Made by a program: the position numbers and the translations under genes. Shown here in pieces: positions 29,275 to 37,073 of a stretch of DNA of 64,000 nt. The first letter of the stretch is position 1. Each line of letters begins with the position of its first letter. The notes under the pieces are model-generated. The model did no database searches. It was not told the DNA's origin and saw only the letters and a program-made list of their open reading frames with translations. This DNA comes from an uncultured virus (IMG/VR IMGVR_UViG_3300034656_000069) (lineage: Duplodnaviria; Heunggongvirae; Uroviricota; Caudoviricetes), in IMG/VR virus record IMGVR_UViG_3300034656_000069, one strand, 5' to 3'.

Positions 29275-29919
29275 ATGGGATACAAGATTGCCTTTGTTAG
29301 CCAAAAGGGCGGCGTCAGCAAAAGCACCCTAAGCCGGGCGCTGGGCACCACCTACGCCGCTGCTGGCTGGAATGTAAAAATAGCGGATCTCGATATTAAC
29401 CAATCCACCTCTTTCACCTGGTTGCAACGCCGCCTCAAAAGCGGCGCAACACCAGAGGTGGCCGTAGAGACGTTCGGCACGGTGGCCAGCGCTCTAAAGG
29501 TAGCCGATACCTACGACCTAATGATTTTCGACGGCGCGCCCCATGCCACCAAAGCCACCGCCGAAGTGGCCCGGCTTGCGGATCTCGTCGTTCTACCCAC
29601 CGCGTTAAGCGTTGACGACCTTGAACCCACCGTAAGGCTGGCCAACACACTCACCGGCCAAGAAGGCGTGCCCATCGACCGTATCGCTATCGCGCTGAGC
29701 AAAGTGGGCAAGAGTAAAACGCAGCTGCAGGATGCCCGCGCCTACCTCAGCCACACGCCCTATTTTGTACTCGATGGCCAAGTACCCGAGCGCGACGCGT
29801 TTGTATTAGCCCAAGACAAGGGGCTGTCGATTGTTGAAACCCCCTTCAAAGGCCCGAAGGCCCAAGCGGATGAACTGATACAAAACATCATCAACCGCTT
29901 TGAATCACTTGTTAATTAA
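29275..29919 (+). CDS. parA: Partition ATPase, short type Ib ParA
   Basis: SQKGGVSKST deviant Walker A, ADLD, IFDGAP; 214 aa, no N-terminal HTH. Confidence 0.92.
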   Translation: MGYKIAFVSQKGGVSKSTLSRALGTTYAAAGWNVKIADLDINQSTSFTWLQRRLKSGATPEVAVETFGTVASALKVADTYDLMIFDGAPHATKATAEVARLADLVVLPTALSVDDLEPTVRLANTLTGQEGVPIDRIAIALSKVGKSKTQLQDARAYLSHTPYFVLDGQVPERDAFVLAQDKGLSIVETPFKGPKAQADELIQNIINRFESLVN

Positions 29920-29949
29920 GCGTTATATAACGCTAGCACGCTAAAACGC
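29920..29949 (+). repeat. 30-bp element, variant A
   Basis: GCGTTATATAACGCTAGCACGCTAAAACGC between parA and its partner gene. Confidence 0.85.
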
Positions 29950-29962
29950 AGGAGCTAACACC

Positions 29963-30205
29963 ATGGCAAAGCCAAGCATGAAACCCAGCAGCAAAGGCGC
30001 ACCGCCCACAGCAGCCACCCCCGGCCCGGTAGTAGGCAACAACACCAGCAAGCCGGAAAGCGGCGAAAAGGTTCCGCTTAACTTTCGCGTTGATCCTGAA
30101 ATGCGCCGGGAGTTTAAAGCGTTTGCCGTAGAGCATGACATGCAAATGGTGGACGTACTCAAGGAAGCCTGGGCGGCGTACAAGCGGGAAAAAGGGAAGG
30201 GCTAG
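29963..30205 (+). CDS. ParG-like ribbon-helix-helix centromere-binding protein
   Basis: Flexible N-terminus then VPLNFRVDPEMRREFKAFA...MVDVL.EA; directly after parA. Confidence 0.8.
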   Translation: MAKPSMKPSSKGAPPTAATPGPVVGNNTSKPESGEKVPLNFRVDPEMRREFKAFAVEHDMQMVDVLKEAWAAYKREKGKG

Positions 30206-30207
30206 CC

Positions 30208-30558
30208 GTGAATAATGAGATCCAGCAGTTTGACCGCCTGATACCTAGCTATGAGCTTGCACTGTGCGCCATTGCTGAACTTATGTCGCACCACTATAAG
30301 AGCGTGCTAGAAAGCACCTCGATAGGCCCATGCGAGGGTGGCTATACCGTCGCGGTCGCTTGCGACACCGGCCCCGCCCTAGTGGGATTCACCCTGCAGG
30401 AAACGCCGTACAACAGCTATCGAGACGCGTTAAGCGCCTTCGGCGTCATGCTGGACGACATCACCGCTCGCCAGGAAGGGCGCGCAGAATGGAAGAGTGA
30501 GGCGTGGTGGGAACAGCACCACGACGACCTGAAAGCCCGCTATGGCTTCGAGCTATAG
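30208..30558 (+). CDS. Hypothetical protein
   Basis: ORF directly after the partition genes. Confidence 0.55.
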   Translation: MNNEIQQFDRLIPSYELALCAIAELMSHHYKSVLESTSIGPCEGGYTVAVACDTGPALVGFTLQETPYNSYRDALSAFGVMLDDITARQEGRAEWKSEAWWEQHHDDLKARYGFEL

Positions 30559-30790
30559 CGCACACTAAAACGCCCACCCGGTGGCTAGACCGGGCGGGCG
30601 TTACGCAACGACATAATACCAATGGGGATTACTATCATGTCAGCAACCGAATATACCACGATTGCCCGCACACCGTTAAACCAGCTGCATACGCTGCCGC
30701 TGCACCTGCTGTGCGCCTACCTATACCAGTGCCCGGCCGCTAGCAGGCGGGCGTTAGAGCGCATCGTGCGTATTCACTGAGGGCTAAAAT

Positions 30791-31027
30791 ATGATCACCA
30801 TCGAGCATCGGCAAAAAGCCAATCGTATTGCAGACGAGTTTATGAAGTCCCACACGCGCAGTGTCGAACACATGAACGGTATGCGCTCAACCTTAGCCTG
30901 GCGTTTAGCGGGAAAGCCAAAGGGCGAATTAGACGCAATGCCTTACAAGCTCGGCACCTGCCAAGCGGAAGCATGGAAAGCAGGCAACCTAGAGGGCAAG
31001 GAATTTAGCATTGAGACGTACACCTAA
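30791..31027 (+). CDS. Hypothetical protein
   Basis: GAGG RBS; PYKLGTCQAEAW.AG..EG; followed by a terminator. Confidence 0.55.
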   Translation: MITIEHRQKANRIADEFMKSHTRSVEHMNGMRSTLAWRLAGKPKGELDAMPYKLGTCQAEAWKAGNLEGKEFSIETYT

Positions 31028-31033
31028 TCTAAC

Positions 31034-31060
31034 AAGCCCGGCCTATGCGCCGGGCTTTTT
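31034..31060 (+). terminator. Intrinsic terminator
   Basis: AAGCCCGGC-CTATGC-GCCGGGCTTTTT. Confidence 0.8.
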
Positions 31061-31161
31061 CGTCGCAATCAATCAGGTTAATGACCTGGCTAAGCAGCGG
31101 GCAAGGAAAATAACGGTATATAAATAAAAACCCCGCCGGGTGGCGGGGTGGCAAACACATC

Positions 31162-31644
31162 TCACTCTAGCTTCAGCGAGGTGATTAGCTTCGATGGATC
31201 TTTTGGGAAAGCGTCGAAGTCATGCTTTAGATAAAAATCTATCGCATCATCGGCAGCATTAACCATCATACCCACTGCACCCATGTGGTAAGAGCTTTCA
31301 ATAGCCATCAGTAACGCGGCCTGCAATAAATCCTGACCAACTCCATTGCCCTTAATAGAATTATCTATTGCAAGCCTCGCTAGAATGATGACAGGCACCA
31401 TGCTCGGCATGTTTTTCTTATATTTGCCCGGCAATTCGTTTCGATCAACGCCGCCAGGACAAACGCTAAAATAGCCGACCACTTGCTTTGTTCCTGGGCG
31501 GCACACCACGTAGGTAATTGTCGCTTTGGTTGCAGTATTTTCTAACGCTCGCTCTTTTAAAAAGCCATTGAGTGAAGACTTATCGCAGTCGAAAGCTGAC
31601 AAGTCATGCTCTTGCGTTAGGCGTTCGGGTGCACTGACTCCCAT
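31162..31644 (-). CDS. GNAT acetyltransferase toxin (TacT/AtaT family)
   Basis: HDLSAFDC...LN.FL, VVGYF, PVIILARLAID...G.GVG..LL, FY.K..F. Confidence 0.88.
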   Translation of the reverse strand: MGVSAPERLTQEHDLSAFDCDKSSLNGFLKERALENTATKATITYVVCRPGTKQVVGYFSVCPGGVDRNELPGKYKKNMPSMVPVIILARLAIDNSIKGNGVGQDLLQAALLMAIESSYHMGAVGMMVNAADDAIDFYLKHDFDAFPKDPSKLITSLKLE

Positions 31645-31922
31645 GAAGGGACTTTTCGTAAAAGTTTCTGTAGACACGGTCTCTCCGATATAGGCTTGTT
31701 AATGGCCTGCTCGAAGAACGCGTAGTCGTCTTCATCCAGCATGTAGTAACGTCGATCCATCAAAACATCTTCGGCGCGTCTACAGGCGGCTTCAACTATA
31801 AAGCTGGTTCGGTCTCCCCCCAGCTCCGCTACGGCTCTATCGATCAAGGCGCGTTTTTTAGGGTCAACACGCATATTGAGGGCCAGTGGCTTAGCCACTG
31901 CCTCAGCAGCTGTGCTTTTCAT
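31617..31922 (-). CDS. DUF1778 RHH antitoxin (TacA/AtaR family)
   Basis: LNMRV....ALIDRA...G..RTSFIVEAA..AEDVL; overlaps the toxin gene. Confidence 0.88.
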   Translation of the reverse strand: MKSTAAEAVAKPLALNMRVDPKKRALIDRAVAELGGDRTSFIVEAACRRAEDVLMDRRYYMLDEDDYAFFEQAINKPISERPCLQKLLRKVPSWESVHPNA

Positions 31923-32133
31923 GATGTATGTCCTATCGCTGTTTAAGGGTGTTTCTCTCCTTAGCCTTGCTAAGCAGCTTGTTGCTGCCTGCAAGGCGAT
32001 TATCGTATGGGCTCGGTAGCGCCTTGTTGAGTTGGTTGCATGGGTTGCTCTCCTTTTTTATGTTCGAAAGGTCGCGTTCAGCTCGCCTTCGAGTCGCCAC
32101 GGAATGCGACGACGATAAGATTATAACACGCCA

Positions 32134-32171
32134 TGTAGCTAAAAGCTATACACGTATAGCTTTTAGCTACA
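32134..32171. promoter_or_regulatory. 38-bp palindrome over the TA promoter (probable operator)
   Basis: TGTAGCTAAAAGCTATAC-AC-GTATAGCTTTTAGCTACA; minus-strand TATAAT at 32125-32120. Confidence 0.65.
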
Positions 32172-32307
32172 CGTCACTTTAGGTACTCCCTAAGCGCCCA
32201 CTGGTGGCCCGCCTGATCAATCAGGCGCTTTAGCCAAACCCCCGCCCAAAACGCCCACCTGCTAAACTGCCCACCCAAAACGCCCAAAACACCGCCAGGG
32301 GGAACGC

Positions 32308-32955
32308 ATGTACGTCAGGGGATACCTACGCGCCAGCACGGCAGAACAGAACGCCCAGCGGGCACGCAGCACGCTAGAACACTTCGCCGCTGAACATCGC
32401 CGTGAGGTAGTGAGCTGGTATATCGAGAATGTGAGCGGCGCTAGCAGCCAGCGCCCAGAACTCAGGAGGCTTCTGGAAGATGCCAAGCAAGGTGATGTGC
32501 TGCTGATAGAATCGGTAGACCGCCTTTCCCGCCTGGGGGCGGCAGAGTGGCGGCACCTGCGGGGGCAGATTGAGGCGCTAGGGTTACGGGTGGTGTCGCT
32601 GGACCTTCCCACTAGCTACGCAGCCATGGCCACGCCCACCCAAGGCGAGGATTTTACCGCCCGCATGCTCGATGCGCTGAATACCATGATGCTAGACGTA
32701 CTCGCAGCGGTAGCCCGCAAAGACTACGACGACCGGCGAACGCGCCAGCGCCAGGGGATAGAGCAAGCAAAGAAGGAAGGCAAGTACCAGGGCAAGCGGC
32801 CCAACAAGGCACTACACCAGCGAATTGAAGCGCTATTGAACGCCCGCGACGGTGAAGGCAAACCGTTCACCACGGCGCGCATTTGCGAGCTAGCCGGGTG
32901 CGGTGAAACCACTGTGAAAAAGGTAAAGCGGGCTATGCGCGAAAAGGCAAACTAA
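32308..32955 (+). CDS. Serine resolvase/recombinase
   Basis: GYLRAST.EQ, DRLSR, RQRQGIEQAK.EGKY.GK, C-terminal HTH. Confidence 0.92.
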   Translation: MYVRGYLRASTAEQNAQRARSTLEHFAAEHRREVVSWYIENVSGASSQRPELRRLLEDAKQGDVLLIESVDRLSRLGAAEWRHLRGQIEALGLRVVSLDLPTSYAAMATPTQGEDFTARMLDALNTMMLDVLAAVARKDYDDRRTRQRQGIEQAKKEGKYQGKRPNKALHQRIEALLNARDGEGKPFTTARICELAGCGETTVKKVKRAMREKAN

Positions 32956-33224
32956 GCGCCACGTGAACGCCGCTTTCTTACCCGGCCTTGCAGCCGTTCC
33001 CACCATTCGCCGGGTAGCCAGATCGACACCCACCGCAATAGCAATTCAGCCCGGCGCGGGTCGGGGTAGTCGTCGGGGTAGTGGGTAAAGTCGCTGGCCA
33101 GCGCCAGCAGTTGCGCTTTGCCTTGCTGTTGTACGGCATCGTGGGCGGGGTCAAACGCGGCATCCAGCAGCACGGCCAACCACGTGGCCACTTCATCGGC
33201 GTTCATTTTGCGGGGGCGGGGCAT
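32952..33224 (-). CDS. Hypothetical protein
   Basis: AGGTG RBS, 90 aa. Confidence 0.5.
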   Translation of the reverse strand: MPRPRKMNADEVATWLAVLLDAAFDPAHDAVQQQGKAQLLALASDFTHYPDDYPDPRRAELLLRWVSIWLPGEWWERLQGRVRKRRSRGA

Positions 33225-33267
33225 GGTGGCACCTATTAGCGTGACATATTCCCCACTATAGCAGCCG

Positions 33268-33552
33268 CTAATCGCCCCGGAAATTGTTTTTCAGTATCCA
33301 GTTATCCGGCGTGCCGGTGTTGTCGCGCCGGGCGGCCGCCGCTGCCTGTCGAGATCGAGCACGAGCGATCACGCCAACGGCCAAGCGATCTAACCGGCGA
33401 TGGCCGGGGTGTTGCACATAGCCCACCTCGCCACACGGCGCGCAGGGGAAGCGGTGAAACAGGCCGTGCGTAAAACCGTGGCCGTTGCAGTGCGTGCAAG
33501 TGGTGGCCTGCAACTGCGCTAGGGTGCGGGGAAGTGAGGGCGGTAGCGTCAT
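33268..33552 (-). CDS. Small zinc-finger protein
   Basis: CTHCNGHG ... CAPCGEVG. Confidence 0.5.
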   Translation of the reverse strand: MTLPPSLPRTLAQLQATTCTHCNGHGFTHGLFHRFPCAPCGEVGYVQHPGHRRLDRLAVGVIARARSRQAAAAARRDNTGTPDNWILKNNFRGD

Positions 33553-33649
33553 GCGCTTAGTTTACCGGGGGTTGGGGGTTATGTCGCGTCAGCGACATGC
33601 AAGCCGCCCACTGAACTATAAGCAGCCATTATAGGTGCGCGGCGAACGG

Positions 33650-34000
33650 GCGTTAGCCCGCCCAACTATGCGGCACCCCTTGCCACTGCCAAACGGGGGT
33701 TGGGGTGGTTTTTAGCGGGGTCCAGGGGTGCAACCCCTGGGACAACCAGCCCGGCAGGGCTGGGCGTCAGTGTAGAGCCGTTTCTGCGCTTGCGCAGGCA
33801 TTTAAAGCCCTTGACCTTGTGCCCTTAAAAGAGCTTCCGCGCTTGCGCGGGCATTGTGGATAAACCCCACGCTAGTGGGGGTTAGCTGAACCTATTTAAT
33901 TACATAAGAAAGGCATATTAACGGTGTACAGCTAATTTATTGCCATATCACCTAACTTCTATTTCAAATCACTTAATTTTACATCTTCAAAGGGGTATCG
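33650..34000. other. Putative plasmid-type replication origin
   Basis: Apparently non-coding, downstream of rep; perfect DnaA box TGTGGATAA at 33855-33863; AT-rich tract ~33890-33990; twice-repeated GCGCTTGCGC.GGCATT; hairpins such as CCAGGGG-TGCAA-CCCCTGG. Confidence 0.6.
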
Positions 34001-34174
34001 AATCAGCGGCGGGGGTTTGGCTTTTCGGGGGTGGTGCTGGGCTTAGATTGGGGAGATTTTGCGCCAGCGCGGCGCTACAACAGGCGGGGAAATGGGACAT
34101 GGCTAACGATCAGCCACGGGCTAAGCGCCCGGCGTGGGGCGCTGTGTGGCGTTTTGGGGCGGAGTGGCGGCTGG

Positions 34175-35236
34175 CTAGTGTCGTCGCTGCCGGTCTAAAT
34201 GCTCTTCCCATGGCGGGAACTTGATGCGCGCCAGCTGGCGTATCTCTGCATAGCTCGCACCTGGGTTGTTGTCGGAAACCTCTTTGATGTACGCGATCAT
34301 AGCGAGGTTATAGCGGCGCTGAGCCTCTGCGCTCTCGTCAACGTCGGGTAGATCGGCCTTGCCCCGGCGCTGCTTCTGCATCGCTCTGGGGCCGCTGCCT
34401 GCCATCGCTAGGCGGCTACGGGCCTGGGCGGCGTCGTACGCCTTGGGGTGCTGTTCGCGGTGCTTACGGCGGGCTTTCTTAATGCGGTTGCTGCACCAGT
34501 CGCGGAACTCCTTAAACTTCTGGTAGCCAACACGCCCCAGCGCCAGCAGAAAATCCGGGTTGAGTAGCTTCACAGCAGGCCGGGCGCGCTTAGTACCGTC
34601 GGCTTTCACCTCATGCTGCAAATGCACGGTGAACGCGCCAGCGAGCTTTAAGCGCCGGAAGGCGCGCCAAAAACGTTGGCTAGGCTCGGGCGCTTCCGGG
34701 GTGCTGCCGGGTGCCAGCAGGCCCGCCACGCGGGCAATTTCCGCACAGCTACGGTGTTTAAAACCACCATCCGCTAGTGGGGTGCCCACGCGCAAACTGG
34801 CGAACTCGGTAAACTGAATGATGGCAGAAAGCACCAGCGACTCAGCAGCGCGGGCCTCAGATCGGTTACAGCGGGGGTTGCCATCGGCGTTGGCCTTGCC
34901 GTTCAGGTTGGCCAGCGTGGGCAATAGGCCGGGGCTGGTGTAGTAGGCTTTGGCACCGTCTACCAGCGCTTGCAGTGTGGCGGGTAGCCGCCCCTTTTTA
35001 ACGGGCTGGCAATAGCGCTCAAACTCGCCTTTAGCGGGGTTATGCCCGCACCGGTTACCGGTGCCCCACCACTTGCCGGGGTGTTCGTATGGCACGCGCC
35101 CCCACGTGAGGGGCTGCGCATTCTCTGCTGCAGCATCCATTCGCAAAATCTCTGTAGAGACTTGCCCGCGCCTTGTGCAGCAGTTAAACTCTGGGGAGTC
35201 GGTTTTGACCCAGAACGTTGTTTTTCTGCTGCTCAA
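34175..35236 (-). CDS. Putative plasmid replication initiator (IncFII-RepA-like winged HTH); start uncertain (TTG 35236 or ATG 35140)
   Basis: RSEAR, ASLRVG, EIARVAGL, RFWRAFRRLKLAG, F..LG pattern; flanked by an antisense-RNA-like hairpin and a DnaA-box region. Confidence 0.6.
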   Translation of the reverse strand: MSSRKTTFWVKTDSPEFNCCTRRGQVSTEILRMDAAAENAQPLTWGRVPYEHPGKWWGTGNRCGHNPAKGEFERYCQPVKKGRLPATLQALVDGAKAYYTSPGLLPTLANLNGKANADGNPRCNRSEARAAESLVLSAIIQFTEFASLRVGTPLADGGFKHRSCAEIARVAGLLAPGSTPEAPEPSQRFWRAFRRLKLAGAFTVHLQHEVKADGTKRARPAVKLLNPDFLLALGRVGYQKFKEFRDWCSNRIKKARRKHREQHPKAYDAAQARSRLAMAGSGPRAMQKQRRGKADLPDVDESAEAQRRYNLAMIAYIKEVSDNNPGASYAEIRQLARIKFPPWEEHLDRQRRH

Positions 35237-35277
35237 AACATCCGAGAAGCCCCAGCGCCAACTGGGGCTTTTCTTTT
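35197..35277 (+). ncRNA. Predicted antisense copy-control RNA (CopA/Inc-like)
   Basis: TTGCCC(35162)-17 bp-TAAACT(35185) promoter; terminator hairpin AAGCCCCAG-CGCCAA-CTGGGGCTT followed by TTCTTTT. Confidence 0.65.
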
Positions 35278-35384
35278 GGGTGTCTATCTAGTTAATTTGT
35301 ATGTCTTTTTTGCCTTCCAACCAACGCCGTCCGGCGCTGGTCATCAATTCACTGTTTGCCAATCCTAGCATCCCAAAAGCGTTT

Positions 35385-35401
35385 TGACACGAACTGTGTT
35401 A
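35385..35401. promoter_or_regulatory. Operator-like palindrome upstream of rep
   Basis: TGACAC-GAACT-GTGTTA. Confidence 0.6.
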
Positions 35402-35444
35402 AAAAAAATTCCTCAAAACGCTCTCAACCTAGGCGAATGCGGGG

Positions 35445-35657
35445 CTAGTGGGGGCCGTGCTTGCCCGCTCGCTGCAGCTCATGCCCCAGCGCATCGCGCA
35501 CCATCGCTAGAATCATGTGGCTGCCCGCGTGCGGCTCTTCGCCGGTCACCTGCATAAATTCCATCATCACATCAATGTTTTGCAGCGTATCGCGCTGGTT
35601 AATGCCCACCAGTACGTTAGTGTTATATCGCTGCGTCGTTCCCTGCTGCTCGCTCAT
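35445..35657 (-). CDS. Small protein behind a LexA box, candidate antirepressor
   Basis: GGAGG RBS, ATG 35657, 70 aa. Confidence 0.55.
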   Translation of the reverse strand: MSEQQGTTQRYNTNVLVGINQRDTLQNIDVMMEFMQVTGEEPHAGSHMILAMVRDALGHELQRAGKHGPH

Positions 35658-35697
35658 TGTGTCGCCTCCCCTGCGCGCGTTTGCGCACACCTAAAAA

Positions 35698-35713
35698 CTG
35701 TTTATACATACAG
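35698..35713. promoter_or_regulatory. LexA (SOS) box
   Basis: CTGTTTATACATACAG = CTGT-N8-ACAG, just downstream of a minus-strand TATGAT. Confidence 0.8.
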
Positions 35714-35985
35714 CATCATACTACACCGCATGACGCTAATGGAAAATTGCTAAGCGGGTTTATGCGCCTAAGCGATATGCTCAAGGGTTAGTTTACAGAG
35801 TTGCGCCATTTGCCAAAATTAAAGGCAGTAGTGTGCTTTTCCTTTCTATCAAACCACGTTTTGAGCTGAGCGCAAGCGTTATTAACCCTTTGTATTTATT
35901 AATAAAGTTAAAAAGCATTGTAAAATTTATGGGTAATTATTAGCGTGCGAGCTAACGCTTTGTTTCAAGCCAAAAAAAAGCCACC

Positions 35986-36177
35986 CTACGGCGGCGCGAT
36001 ACCTTCCCAAAACTGGTCGCTTTCCCACTCCAGCTCCTGCAGTGCCCATGTGCGGGCGTCGCGCACTAGCACCCATTGGCCGCTGATCCGTTCCCAGCGG
36101 GAAGTGGTGCGCCACTGGCCATCGACGCGCACGCACTCTTCGGTGTAGCGGTATTCGCCGTCGATGCGTACATGCAT
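35986..36177 (-). CDS. Small tail-associated hypothetical protein
   Basis: Repeated R(I/V)(D/S)G(E/Q)(Y/W) units; last gene before a terminator. Confidence 0.5.
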   Translation of the reverse strand: MHVRIDGEYRYTEECVRVDGQWRTTSRWERISGQWVLVRDARTWALQELEWESDQFWEGIAPP

Positions 36178-36180
36178 GGG

Positions 36181-36462
36181 CTAGCTCCAGTGCTGTAGCC
36201 ATATATCGCCGTCTTGGCCTATCGCGTCGTCGGGGGGCTGCGCCGAGATATATACGTTGCGGTTGGCCATGCTGCCCACCGCTGCCAGCTTTTGCGACTG
36301 CGCGGCGGTTAGGTTGACCGGCTCAATTTGACTACCAAAGCGAGCAAAAATCTTACGGTCAGCAATATTAAACGCCAGCTCTCCCTCACTGATCTGGGCG
36401 GCGGTCGGTACAGCACCCGCTTGGGTGCTAATACGCAAGCCAACAACGGTTTGATAGCTCAT
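36181..36462 (-). CDS. Small tail-fibre-related protein
   Basis: GAVPTAAQISEGELAFNIADRKIF and GQDGDIWLQ motifs. Confidence 0.6.
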   Translation of the reverse strand: MSYQTVVGLRISTQAGAVPTAAQISEGELAFNIADRKIFARFGSQIEPVNLTAAQSQKLAAVGSMANRNVYISAQPPDDAIGQDGDIWLQHWS

Positions 36463-37073
36463 AGCAGCGCTGCCGCCCGCATGTGGTCGTCGGCCTCCTG
36501 ATCGGTTAGGCCCAGCTCCTTCATCAGCCCGATAAATTGCGGGTTATCGCGCTCCCACTCGGTCGCTCGCTGAAACCACGCCTGGGTCAATTTCCGCTCG
36601 GTTACATCAACAATACTGGCAATGGCAGTCTCCACCTGCTCATCCAGCCCGGCGATAATGAGCTGCTGCATGCCCTGGCGGCTGGTAACAGAGTCAGGCA
36701 CTGGAAGTGGCGATTCAGCGAGTATGCCGAACTTAAACGGGGGCGTGATTGTCATCGTGCCGCCTTCGCCGTCGTCAACCTCACGCGGCGCGGTGTCGTA
36801 AACAGACTCATACATAGCCAGTTTTTCGGCGTCGTCTTGTATTTGCTGATAAACCCGGTCAGCAGTGCCGGTGCCGGTGTACGGCGCTTCGGCTAGCACG
36901 GTCACATGTGGGCGCCATTCGTTTAGCTGAGCGGCAGTCATGCGCACGTAGTGCAGGCGGGCGCCTGTAGCGTTGGTGGCCTGTGGGTCGATGAGTGCAG
37001 GGGCTGCGTTTTCGTCAGTTAGGGAGGCAGGAAGCTGAGCGGCGTTGTCTATGAGTACGATGGCGTCGATCAT
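36459..37073 (-). CDS. Tail fibre-associated protein
   Basis: VP.SVT.RQ..., W..ATEWER, LGLT..E.D...AA.L C-terminus. Confidence 0.55.
   Translation of the reverse strand: MIDAIVLIDNAAQLPASLTDENAAPALIDPQATNATGARLHYVRMTAAQLNEWRPHVTVLAEAPYTGTGTADRVYQQIQDDAEKLAMYESVYDTAPREVDDGEGGTMTITPPFKFGILAESPLPVPDSVTSRQGMQQLIIAGLDEQVETAIASIVDVTERKLTQAWFQRATEWERDNPQFIGLMKELGLTDQEADDHMRAAALL

Noticed and set aside
19421..29949. 30-bp repeats as a CRISPR array or integron attC sites
   Set aside because: Irregular kb-scale spacing, mixed orientation, no cas genes, no RYYYAAC/GTTRRRY ends
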